From Escherichia phage AnnaHegner_Bas87, in sequence record PQ850594.1: a stretch of DNA of 64,000 nt; one strand, given 5' to 3'. Under the pieces are notes generated by a model that did not search any database, was not told the DNA's origin, and saw only the letters and a program-made list of their open reading frames with translations. Shown one piece after another: positions 19,579-27,536 of the stretch (the first letter of the stretch is position 1; every line of letters begins with the position of its first letter). The position numbers were made by a program, and so were the translations under genes.

Positions 19579-19843
19579 GCCAAATTACTTTGTTTTGATA
19601 TCCGATACGAGCACTCCATTTATTAATATCTGACCTGTATCCTACACCTTTTATTCCAGTTAAAGAGTTCTTTTGAACTATTTTATTGGCATTGTTGAGG
19701 ACAGGTGTTGCTTTTCTTAGATTGCTCCAAGAGTTATTAGACTTATCTAAATCTTTATGGTCTATTTGGAAATCGGGAATTTCTCCAGTTTTTATATACC
19801 AAGCAACTCGGTGAGCTTTGTATGTCTTTCTCTGAAAATTCAA
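19493..19843 (-). CDS. HNH homing endonuclease (HNH_3-type with AP2-like DNA-binding domain)
   Basis: HRVAW...IDHKDLDKSNN...NLR and AP2-like KWSARIGY...LGYH..EGAENAY; homologous N-terminal region extends upstream of the track start. Confidence 0.7.
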   Translation of the reverse strand: MNFQRKTYKAHRVAWYIKTGEIPDFQIDHKDLDKSNNSWSNLRKATPVLNNANKIVQKNSLTGIKGVGYRSDINKWSARIGYQNKVIWLGYHSTQEGAENAYKEKAKELFGDFARF

Positions 19844-19974
19844 TGTTACATAACCAGCTTTTGTTTTACACCCTGCAACCTTTCCTGCGAGTCTTGAGTT
19901 CCACTGAGCGCTCTTATCTTTAGAATGTTTCCAGTACAGAAGACCGGAAGCCTCGTCATAAGACAGATATTTAA

Positions 19975-20316
19975 TTAATTCTTTAATTTCAGTGCCTCCG
20001 CTGCTTGTTGTTGTCGTTCATTGAAAAGTCCTACATACTCATCGCTAGCACACACATTGTAAAAAACTGGCTTAGTCTTTTCATAATGCATCTCTTTGTA
20101 AATAGTTTCCGTGTTCTTCTTCCAGTTTGATAAACCAGTTAGAACTTTCTGAGCCACTTCATCAGCAGCCCTAGCCCTCTCAATCTCTATCTCGTGCTGC
20201 TTCTTCTCTTGGTCAAGAGTGTTGCTATCATTTCGATATTGCTCAAACTTCATTCCACCAAAGAAAATAAGAGCTGTGAAAATAAGAAAGCCTATATTGT
20301 TTTGAAGCTTTTCCAT
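19975..20316 (-). CDS. i-spanin (Rz-like)
   Basis: start moved to ATG 20316 (GGAG RBS; track start is GTG 20340 inside terminator hairpin); N-terminal TM, coiled coil. Confidence 0.5.
   Translation of the reverse strand: MEKLQNNIGFLIFTALIFFGGMKFEQYRNDSNTLDQEKKQHEIEIERARAADEVAQKVLTGLSNWKKNTETIYKEMHYEKTKPVFYNVCASDEYVGLFNERQQQAAEALKLKN
19996..20031 (-). repeat. duplicated spanin-junction segment, copy 1
   Basis: encodes GLFNERQQQAAEAL as the true i-spanin C-terminus. Confidence 0.7.
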
Positions 20317-20329
20317 TTTAACTCCAACG

Positions 20330-20351
20330 AAAAAAGCCACCCAAAGGTGGC
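20330..20351 (-). terminator. rho-independent terminator (minus strand)
   Basis: GCCACC-CAAA-GGTGGC hairpin followed on the minus strand by a T-run. Confidence 0.6.
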
Positions 20352-20374
20352 TAAGCTATTACAAGGAGAGATTC

Positions 20375-21115
20375 TTAGAATGGAGAGTCATCCTCTTCAA
20401 AGGTTGATTGCGGCTCTTCATTAATGGTAGGGATGCTTGGAGTAGCATCTTTCTGTTCAGTGTCAGAAGCTTTAGTAACTTCACGACCAGCCAGAGGGAT
20501 ATTCTTAGCATCGTTAGCTTGAGTCAAGAGGCTACGTTGGAATGGGAAGATTGCTTGATAAGCAGCTAAGTTAGCGTCAGTCTCAGCATACGGTTCGAAG
20601 AAGATCAACTCACTACGAGGAGCACCTACCGCGTCACGATATTTAGTCGGGATTGGAGTGATGCTTTTAATGGAGTTTTTCTTCTCACCAGCTTTGTTTA
20701 CATAGGAATTAACCAGAATGTTAACAGGCTGACCTAACAGCATATCTTTAAACCAACCCAAATCACCTTTCAGTGCTTGAACACTTGGGTCGATCATTTT
20801 AATCAGATTTAGAATACCAGAGTTCTTAGCTCGTGGATTTACATCGAAAGATTTAAACTGGCAAGCAGGACGAGGGTCCAGAGGTTTGCCTTCATTATCA
20901 GTCCCTGTTGCATCTACGCCAATCAGCTCAAAAGCTAAGTCCATACGGAAAGCTGGATTCTTAGGAGTAACTGCTTTGGTTTTAGGGTCAATCCAAGGGT
21001 CACGATTGTGAACACCCAAACCTACAACACGAACAATACGTGCTTCGTACTCACCATCAGGGATTACATCGTAGTTGGATTTACGGGATACAGACAGTTC
21101 AGGGATCATAGACAT
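20375..21115 (-). CDS. putative single-stranded DNA-binding protein
   Basis: acidic C-terminal tail ending EEDDSPF resembles SSB/gp2.5 tails; adjacent to replication genes; weak inference. Confidence 0.4.
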   Translation of the reverse strand: MSMIPELSVSRKSNYDVIPDGEYEARIVRVVGLGVHNRDPWIDPKTKAVTPKNPAFRMDLAFELIGVDATGTDNEGKPLDPRPACQFKSFDVNPRAKNSGILNLIKMIDPSVQALKGDLGWFKDMLLGQPVNILVNSYVNKAGEKKNSIKSITPIPTKYRDAVGAPRSELIFFEPYAETDANLAAYQAIFPFQRSLLTQANDAKNIPLAGREVTKASDTEQKDATPSIPTINEEPQSTFEEDDSPF

Positions 21116-21174
21116 ATTAATATTTCCTTATATAGATTTAAGATTGTTGCTCTCTTTGAGCGGTTTGTATACTA

Positions 21175-21183
21175 TATACATTA
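21175..21183 (-). promoter_or_regulatory. TAATGTATA promoter-like element (minus strand)
   Basis: exact motif about 60 nt upstream of the 21115 start. Confidence 0.5.
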
Positions 21184-21245
21184 CACTTATACAGATAAGG
21201 TTCTATTATACTATAACCTTTTTGGTAGTAGATAATGACAAGTAG

Positions 21246-21254
21246 TAATGTATA
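21246..21254 (+). promoter_or_regulatory. TAATGTATA promoter-like element (plus strand)
   Basis: exact motif on the plus strand back-to-back with the minus-strand copy, facing a ~190 nt ORF-free segment. Confidence 0.35.
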
Positions 21255-21448
21255 TATGGTATAGCTAGTAAAGCTATTGCAGGCTTGTATATTGGGCAAT
21301 CATTGTAACCCTTGCAAGTACCGAAGGGCAGGAGACACCTGCGAGATAAAAATAGAGAATTAAGGAAATCCTTGATTTAGGTTGAGGACTCCTAGGACTT
21401 TGATTCTCTATTAAAATCAAAAGAAAACTTAACTTAAAACAATAACTT

Positions 21449-22087
21449 CTACCATTCTAAAAGACCTTTAAAACTAGTTTGTTCTACTGTTCTCTGATAA
21501 GGTAAGTTAGATTCTGCTTGTTTGCTTAACATCTCTTGTACTTTATCAGTAATTGGATAATCTTTTTGTAATAAAGAAGCTATCCACTCTTTCCTACTTT
21601 CCAGTTCTTTTCTAATCTCTTGCAGAGACACAGCTTTGTAATCAATTTGTTCCATAGAGGTACAAAAATATCTCCAATCTTTGATAGTAGAGTTATGAGT
21701 ATGAGCATAGATATTATACTTTCCTCTCATTTCATCAGAGTGAATAGGAATATGAGTTACCCAAAATTCTTTGTATTTATAATCACCACTGATGTGTCTA
21801 AAGACTTTCATCATATCAGGGAGAAGTTCTAATCTGTCATGATTTCCTAAGACAAGATGTTTCTCTCCCTTTACTTCAGCGATAATATCAAGTGCATATT
21901 TCTCAAACACCCAATCACCTGTAAAGAAAGTTTTATCACGTTTAGTAACATGGTCGAACGCTGCTAAGATAGCTTTGTCATGTTCTTCAATACTACTAAA
22001 CTTCTTTCTAAAATTACAGATGTTACGATGGCCTAGGTGACCATCACCTGCAAAATAAACTTCAGCCATTCTCGTATGTGTCCTCAT
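21449..22087 (-). CDS. calcineurin-like metallophosphoesterase
   Basis: GDGHLGH, GNHD and HTHN metal-binding motifs. Confidence 0.65.
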   Translation of the reverse strand: MRTHTRMAEVYFAGDGHLGHRNICNFRKKFSSIEEHDKAILAAFDHVTKRDKTFFTGDWVFEKYALDIIAEVKGEKHLVLGNHDRLELLPDMMKVFRHISGDYKYKEFWVTHIPIHSDEMRGKYNIYAHTHNSTIKDWRYFCTSMEQIDYKAVSLQEIRKELESRKEWIASLLQKDYPITDKVQEMLSKQAESNLPYQRTVEQTSFKGLLEW

Positions 22088-22247
22088 AATATGAGTAGTT
22101 GAAGGATTCAGCTTTCGTTTCAGCCTCCTCCATATCGTCTGTTTCCAGAATCACTTTCCAGCCAGAACCTTCAGGATACTCAGCCCCTTCGTCTAGCCAG
22201 ACTTTATACCGTTTAGATAGTGCAACCATCGCAGATATAATCTCCAC
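22062..22247 (-). CDS. small acidic protein (paralog of 22797-22976)
   Basis: shares Y-K/S-VW...GW.VIL.TDD.EEAE...NYS.YYE pattern with the downstream paralog. Confidence 0.4.
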   Translation of the reverse strand: MEIISAMVALSKRYKVWLDEGAEYPEGSGWKVILETDDMEEAETKAESFNYSYYEDTYENG

Positions 22248-22416
22248 TCAAGGATTCTTGTAAGAGACGAGATTGCTCATCGGCATACAAAGCATCAATT
22301 TCTTCCTTGAGCTTTGCAAGCTCTACAAAGTTGATAAGTTGCCCATAATCTGTCGCATCTGTGATAAATTGAAACAAACCTGTCGCATCATTTTTAATAA
22401 TATATTCATTAGACAT
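22213..22416 (-). CDS. hypothetical small protein
   Basis: ORF only. Confidence 0.35.
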   Translation of the reverse strand: MSNEYIIKNDATGLFQFITDATDYGQLINFVELAKLKEEIDALYADEQSRLLQESLSGDYICDGCTI

Positions 22417-22640
22417 TATAGCAACTCCCTTTGTTTACTGTTGATAACAGTCATCGCTGTTACTGGGTTGTTTGTTCCAAGATATTCTAGAACAGAGACA
22501 CCCTTAGTCGGTTTATCAGCCTCTATGTAATTCTTAACCTTGCCACCAAGAACCGCTAGAGAAGCCTGAGCTTCTGCTTCATCAGTATGAACTCGGTCAA
22601 CTGTTTTCTTTCCAATCGTGTAAGTGTGAACGTAAATCAT
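22416..22640 (-). CDS. hypothetical small protein
   Basis: ORF only. Confidence 0.35.
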   Translation of the reverse strand: MIYVHTYTIGKKTVDRVHTDEAEAQASLAVLGGKVKNYIEADKPTKGVSVLEYLGTNNPVTAMTVINSKQRELL

Positions 22641-22843
22641 TTAACTTCCTCAATATTGACTAATTCAAAACTTCCTATTTCTTCAAGTTTGATAATCTCT
22701 TTAACCTTCTCAACAGCTTTAATAGGGTTTTCTTCTTCTACAACTTTACACCCTGACACTTCAAGACTTCCTGTTCCACGAAGGTATAAATTTAACTTAT
22801 AAACTACTTTGTAGTATTTCATCGTGCTCCCAATTTCTTTCAT
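22637..22843 (-). CDS. hypothetical small protein
   Basis: ORF only. Confidence 0.35.
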   Translation of the reverse strand: MKEIGSTMKYYKVVYKLNLYLRGTGSLEVSGCKVVEEENPIKAVEKVKEIIKLEEIGSFELVNIEEVK

Positions 22844-22976
22844 AATATCCAGAGTTGTAGTTTAGGGCGCATTTCTCGGCCTCTTCTATGTCGTCTGTGT
22901 TTAGGATATTAACCCAACCACCAACTTCATCAAAACCCTCTTCTTCTTCATTAAACCATACGCTGTATTTCTTCAT
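22797..22976 (-). CDS. small acidic protein (paralog of 22062-22247)
   Basis: start moved to internal Met (MKKYSVW) giving ATGA overlap with the upstream small ORF. Confidence 0.4.
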   Translation of the reverse strand: MKKYSVWFNEEEEGFDEVGGWVNILNTDDIEEAEKCALNYNSGYYERNWEHDEILQSSL

Positions 22977-23152
22977 CTTGATAAGACTCTCCCCCAATCC
23001 TTGATGTAACAGCGACCGTCAACCCACTTGGTCTCTGATTTAAACTCTTTTGAGATTCGAGTCTCGCAATCTTCTTTACTGTAATCTCCAAGAGCATCCA
23101 TCGCCCAAAGAAACAGAGCAATTACAATAGACCAGATTAGAAACTTCTTCAT
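22973..23152 (-). CDS. small secreted protein (sub-60 aa, not in ORF track)
   Basis: ATG overlapping the stop of the HAD gene; MKKFLIWSIVIALFLWAMDALG signal-like N-terminus; 59 aa. Confidence 0.35.
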   Translation of the reverse strand: MKKFLIWSIVIALFLWAMDALGDYSKEDCETRISKEFKSETKWVDGRCYIKDWGRVLSR

Positions 23153-23541
23153 CGTATCACCAGAGGCTCTTCAGAGTATACAGGAGAGGCTATTTCTACC
23201 GGAGGTGCTGCTCTAAGGTCATTAAGCCTTACGCCCTTCAGCATACCATCTAGGTGGTCCATTTTAGGGATACCTACAGGGAAGTCATCAATCCAAACAT
23301 CCACAAAGAAACCCAAGCTCTGAGTGACGGAATCCTTCTGAACACCGTTGCAAAAGATAACAGGAATATCTAGACTTGCTGCATCTGCTAGAAGCTCCTC
23401 ATTTGAATACCCATTGGGTTGAGCAAAACGATAGGTGACAATACGTACGTCATGTCCACGAGATTTCATAAGACCTACAATGTGGGTCCACATCTCTTTG
23501 TCCACTGTAAAAGTATCATCATAATCTAAACCAATATTCAT
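23149..23541 (-). CDS. HAD-superfamily phosphatase-like protein
   Basis: N-terminal GLDYDDT (DxDxT) and later VWIDD acidic motif. Confidence 0.5.
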   Translation of the reverse strand: MNIGLDYDDTFTVDKEMWTHIVGLMKSRGHDVRIVTYRFAQPNGYSNEELLADAASLDIPVIFCNGVQKDSVTQSLGFFVDVWIDDFPVGIPKMDHLDGMLKGVRLNDLRAAPPVEIASPVYSEEPLVIR

Positions 23542-23556
23542 ATTAGCCTCTTAGAC

Positions 23557-23580
23557 AAGAAAAGCCACCCGAAGGTAGCT
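23557..23580 (-). terminator. rho-independent terminator (minus strand)
   Basis: AGCTACC-TTCG-GGTGGCT hairpin with G-U wobble on the minus strand, then TTTTCTT. Confidence 0.55.
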
Positions 23581-23822
23581 TATTTATTCTGTGTTTCCAG
23601 TTCGCTGATACGAACTTTCAAACCATTGATTTCAGCCTGAGCGGCTTCTAGCTTAATTAGAGCTTCTTCAGCGTCAGCTTCTGTTTGAAGAACCGCAGTA
23701 GTTAGTTCATACAAAGCCTGACGTAGTGAATCTTTGCCCATAGAATGAATCTGTGCAACAAAGAATTGCTTACCTTCAGTTGTTTCTAGAGTCTCTTTCA
23801 ATTCTTTAGATGTTAAAGTCAT
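23580..23822 (-). CDS. small coiled-coil protein
   Basis: AAGGGAG RBS; heptad-like Ala/Glu/Leu composition. Confidence 0.4.
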   Translation of the reverse strand: MTLTSKELKETLETTEGKQFFVAQIHSMGKDSLRQALYELTTAVLQTEADAEEALIKLEAAQAEINGLKVRISELETQNK

Positions 23823-23824
23823 TA

Positions 23825-23992
23825 TTACTCCCTTTCATAAATTTTGAGAACTGTACCACCATCTGCTTTAATCTGAGCAGCGACTTCATCGCGTTCTTCA
23901 TCAGAATAAACCAGTTGGTTGTGAAATTTTCCTGTAGCATCTTGGAAATATACATTCCATTTTGGAGCAGGTTTACGAATCAAATCCATCAT
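23825..23992 (-). CDS. hypothetical small protein (sub-60 aa, not in ORF track)
   Basis: GAGGAG RBS then ATGATG; 55 aa ORF ending 3 nt before the next start. Confidence 0.35.
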   Translation of the reverse strand: MMDLIRKPAPKWNVYFQDATGKFHNQLVYSDEERDEVAAQIKADGGTVLKIYERE

Positions 23993-24180
23993 TGATCTTT
24001 CTCCTCTCGTTCAACCCATGTACGGAAAAGCTCCCCATACACTTTGGCATCATCAAAACGTCCTTCTTCCTGTGCGAGTTTTTGTTGCTTCAAGCACCAT
24101 TCAGAACTTTTTACTTCTTCCACTTCCTTGTCTCCTTAAAAAGAACTAATCAATAAGACTAGTTCATTTCGTAATACGAT

Positions 24181-24372
24181 TCAGCTCTTCCACGGGAGGT
24201 TGATGGTTAAATTCTTAATGGAGAAATCTTTATCAGGAAACTCTTCCATTAACTCAGCCGCTTCTTGAATAGCTTTTCTTTCTGTGTTATAGATGCAGAA
24301 ATGTCCATTACAGCAAACAATTGCATCTTTTGCTCCCGTAATGGCCCATGTTTCATGTACATGTCTAGTCAT
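24181..24372 (-). CDS. hypothetical small Cys-containing protein
   Basis: ORF only; CCNGHFCIYN. Confidence 0.35.
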   Translation of the reverse strand: MTRHVHETWAITGAKDAIVCCNGHFCIYNTERKAIQEAAELMEEFPDKDFSIKNLTINLPWKS

Positions 24373-24389
24373 TATTCCTCCACTACAAA

Positions 24390-26237
24390 TTAGTGAGTGT
24401 GATTCCAGTTTAACCCAATCTTACAGTCAGATGCCAGAGGGCATTCCATTTTGAGATACTCACCTGCTTTACGAACACACTCTTCAGTGAGGGTACGAAG
24501 TTTGTTAACATCGTCACGATGTACAGTGAACTGGCCTTCATCATGCATGTCAATAACCTTCGCACAACGAACACCATCACGCTCAATCCATTTATTAAGG
24601 AATAGCATTGCATACTTCATAACAATCGCCCCAGCGCTCTGTAAGAGAGTATTTAAGGCTTTATGAACCATAACCTTTCCAGTTGCATCTCTTCTCATTG
24701 TAATACGACGTCCATCCACACCGTAGATGTATCCACTTTGTGCTTTCTCTGTCATACGTTCAATAAGAATTGCAATACAAGGATTCTCTGCTAAGAATCT
24801 TGCCCTCATGACAGCTCCTTCATCAGAGCCACCGCCTACGATGCTTCCTAACTTAGCGTCACCAGCTCCGTAGTTGAATGCGTAGATAAATGTTTTAGCA
24901 TTATCACGAGTAGGAAGGCCAGCAAGTTTTTGGTTATGTGAGTGAATATCTCCTTCTAAAAGAATATCTCTGTACATAACAGCAGAAGCTAGACCGCGTT
25001 CAGCTTCTCGTTTCTTAGCCGGGTTGTTTTCTCGCTCTGCTTCAGCGAGCATCTCACGACACTCTTTAATAAGGTAGTGAGCTAGCATCCTCAGCTCAAG
25101 ACCAGAGCCATCGTAACCTAAGAAGATTTCACGACCAGCAGGAACATAGAACTTATAGGCACCTACAGGTTTGTCTTTCTTGCCCGGTTTTCCCACTTCG
25201 TAGATAGTGTTAGTACCCTTTCGTACGTAACACCCATCAGGGATATGGTTGGTAATGGTGAAAGGATGGTTATGACTATCGTCTGAGGAATAGTCAGATT
25301 GAAAAAGACTGCGGCACTCGTGACCAAACAAACCGCGAGAAGGAATATTAACAACAATGCGATGTTTAAAACGAAATGTCGGAGTAGCGCAGCTATTAGC
25401 TTCGGCGGACAACTTACCATCTTTACGTTCCTTGTCGATAAGCCCGCTAATCAAACCTAGCCTGTGAGCCGCTACAACGCGTCTCTTAAGCAAACTTCCT
25501 ACACCCCCTAGCTCACCCCCAAGCCCTTCTTCAAGAGTCTCCTCAAGGTTTGTAGGGGCTGTAGGCCACTTGTTTGATGTAGCCAAAGCTTTTTTGATTT
25601 CATCAAAGGTTACAGGCTTCTTCCTATTAGGGTTAAGACCTAAACCGCTGACATAGGCTTTCATATAATTGACAGTGTGATAACGGAAGTGCTTATCCAA
25701 AAACCTTCGGATATCAGCATCTATCATCTCTGCTGTCTGTTTCTCTTTAGCGTTACCTCGAATCCAAGCAGAATACCATGCAGAGTATGTACCATACTTC
25801 TTCATAGCTTTACGAATTTCAAAAGTATTCCAAGGTTTCTTAGAATAATTCCACTCTGGAGGTATAAAACCTTCATCCATCAAGGCTTCTTTAATACGTG
25901 CATCTTTTGATGGGTCAAAATCTACATACTCAACGCAAGTAAACGCCCCACCGATATCTTCTCTTTTAAGACCAACCCTATCGCAATAGAGCTGAGGCCA
26001 CTTCTGTAAAGCACCTGACTTCTTAAAAGGCTTAGCATAAGTTGAACCATCCACCCGCATTTTAGGGAGGAGAGGAATCAGTTCTTTATCAATATTGACA
26101 ATAATCTCTTTGAGAAGGTGAACAAACCACCGAGCGTTTCTTCTGTTGAAGTTGACTCCATGCTTCGCTTGTTTTGAGATTATATCAGCGACTGTCATCT
26201 CCGTTATGAAAGGTAACTTATCAGGGTTATCCATCAC
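24390..26237 (-). CDS. DNA polymerase, family A, polymerase domain only (T7 gp5-like)
   Basis: DGSGLELRMLAHY (motif A), RDNAKTFIYAFNYGAG (motif B), VIDMHDEGQF (motif C); no exonuclease domain in this ORF. Confidence 0.85.
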   Translation of the reverse strand: MMDNPDKLPFITEMTVADIISKQAKHGVNFNRRNARWFVHLLKEIIVNIDKELIPLLPKMRVDGSTYAKPFKKSGALQKWPQLYCDRVGLKREDIGGAFTCVEYVDFDPSKDARIKEALMDEGFIPPEWNYSKKPWNTFEIRKAMKKYGTYSAWYSAWIRGNAKEKQTAEMIDADIRRFLDKHFRYHTVNYMKAYVSGLGLNPNRKKPVTFDEIKKALATSNKWPTAPTNLEETLEEGLGGELGGVGSLLKRRVVAAHRLGLISGLIDKERKDGKLSAEANSCATPTFRFKHRIVVNIPSRGLFGHECRSLFQSDYSSDDSHNHPFTITNHIPDGCYVRKGTNTIYEVGKPGKKDKPVGAYKFYVPAGREIFLGYDGSGLELRMLAHYLIKECREMLAEAERENNPAKKREAERGLASAVMYRDILLEGDIHSHNQKLAGLPTRDNAKTFIYAFNYGAGDAKLGSIVGGGSDEGAVMRARFLAENPCIAILIERMTEKAQSGYIYGVDGRRITMRRDATGKVMVHKALNTLLQSAGAIVMKYAMLFLNKWIERDGVRCAKVIDMHDEGQFTVHRDDVNKLRTLTEECVRKAGEYLKMECPLASDCKIGLNWNHTH

Positions 26238-26250
26238 CCACTCCTTATAG

Positions 26251-26604
26251 TTATTGGTATATTAAATCTGTGAATGCTTGGTTGTCTTCAACAATATCTA
26301 AAGCTTCATATGAATCAGCCAATTCATCCACATAAAAGACTGCTGGAATATCTTCTGCTCGTTGTCTACGAGCTTCTCTCCGTTCGTTGCTGTTTCTCTG
26401 AACCTGTGCAAGTTTCATACCCCACACCTGCTCATATAACTCTGGATACTTGTCACTAACCACTACATAGTTTCGAGCTGGTTGGTTTCTATTAATCTTC
26501 GCTGTCAACTCAATAAACTGGCGAAACTCTTGAATAGAGAGGTTGTCATGAATATTATCCCACTTGAGAACGCAGTGACGTTCTAGGCGTTGAGGTACTG
26601 GCAT
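26251..26604 (-). CDS. hypothetical protein
   Basis: ORF only. Confidence 0.4.
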   Translation of the reverse strand: MPVPQRLERHCVLKWDNIHDNLSIQEFRQFIELTAKINRNQPARNYVVVSDKYPELYEQVWGMKLAQVQRNSNERREARRQRAEDIPAVFYVDELADSYEALDIVEDNQAFTDLIYQ

Positions 26605-26607
26605 AAC

Positions 26608-26877
26608 TTACTCCACTGTAGGGAATGGTTTTAGGTTGTTCATGGCTGTACGAACATCAGCACAGACTTCAGGGTCACGATAAGAGAGGAATTTACCATC
26701 CTTACCACGAATCATTACATTAGTCCGTGCTGTTTTATTAGGCAATAAAGAAATCCCTCCAATCAGGTGATTGGTAGGGTGTTGTCCTTGATTAACCTTG
26801 TAGTCATGAGTCTGAGCGTCACCATTAAAGAGATGATCACGAATTTGGATTAAGCTGATCTTCATATTATGCACCAA
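26608..26877 (-). CDS. small protein, tandem paralog A
   Basis: shares KTARTNVMIRGKDGKF...NLKPFP with the adjacent gene. Confidence 0.4.
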   Translation of the reverse strand: MVHNMKISLIQIRDHLFNGDAQTHDYKVNQGQHPTNHLIGGISLLPNKTARTNVMIRGKDGKFLSYRDPEVCADVRTAMNNLKPFPTVE

Positions 26878-27118
26878 AGTTAGGGAAAGGTTTCAGATTT
26901 TCAATAGACTTAGCAATACGCTTAGGAACAATCTTATCACGGAAGGAGATGAACTTGCCATCAGGGCCACGAAGGGCTACATTAGTACGAGCTGTTGTTT
27001 TGTTAAACTGAATCATCTCAACAGAGCTTGTAACATTTTCTACAGGAAAAGTATAACTCTCAGTTGTGTTCAGAGAAGGAAGGAAATCAGTTACAGTGAT
27101 ATAAGTTACTTTAGACAT
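26867..27118 (-). CDS. small protein, tandem paralog B
   Basis: TTARTNVALRGPDGKF...NLKPFP. Confidence 0.4.
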   Translation of the reverse strand: MSKVTYITVTDFLPSLNTTESYTFPVENVTSSVEMIQFNKTTARTNVALRGPDGKFISFRDKIVPKRIAKSIENLKPFPNFGA

Positions 27119-27140
27119 ATTTATTACCTTAGGTTACATA

Positions 27141-27170
27141 AAAGAAAAGGCCACCCGAAATGGGTAGCCT
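27141..27170 (-). terminator. rho-independent terminator (minus strand)
   Basis: AGGCTACCC-loop-GGGTGGCCT hairpin (G-U wobble on minus strand) then TTTCTTTT. Confidence 0.55.
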
Positions 27171-27174
27171 TATA

Positions 27175-27492
27175 TTAACTTGAGCTTAAAGCTCCTTTTC
27201 GACCGCCTGCTGATTTTCCAGCACGATCTCCACTTTTGCCGCCGTTCGAGCGATTTCGAGAGACTGATTCAACACGTAAGTTACTTGACGCATTAGAACC
27301 TCCCGACTTGATTGATCGTTTGTGTCCAACATCTTTACCTCGGACAGCAGCTTTTCCATCGCGCTTTTCAACGATGCGACGTGCACGGTGGCGCTGAGCA
27401 TCTCCGCTCTTGCTACCAACGCCGGTCTCACCCCTTGCGATTGCAGTTCTTCGTTCTTGTGCATAATCACGTTTCGCCTTATCGGTCATCAC
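27175..27492 (-). CDS. basic Gly/Lys/Arg-rich protein, KGG-repeat-like
   Basis: strong TAAGGAG RBS and TAATGTATA motif upstream; preferred over overlapping alternative-frame ORF 27186-27470. Confidence 0.45.
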   Translation of the reverse strand: MMTDKAKRDYAQERRTAIARGETGVGSKSGDAQRHRARRIVEKRDGKAAVRGKDVGHKRSIKSGGSNASSNLRVESVSRNRSNGGKSGDRAGKSAGGRKGALSSS

Positions 27493-27524
27493 AACTCCTT
27501 AACATATCAGTGTACACTAAGGAG

Positions 27525-27533
27525 TATACATTA
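27525..27533 (-). promoter_or_regulatory. TAATGTATA promoter-like element (minus strand)
   Basis: exact motif in the 44 nt gap between the PhoH stop and the 27492 start. Confidence 0.5.
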
Positions 27534-27536
27534 TGT

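Noticed and set aside
27186-27470. Alternative-frame 94 aa ORF overlapping the KGG-like gene
   Set aside because: No RBS of its own and wholly nested within a gene that has a strong RBS and promoter motif; kept only as a low-interest note.
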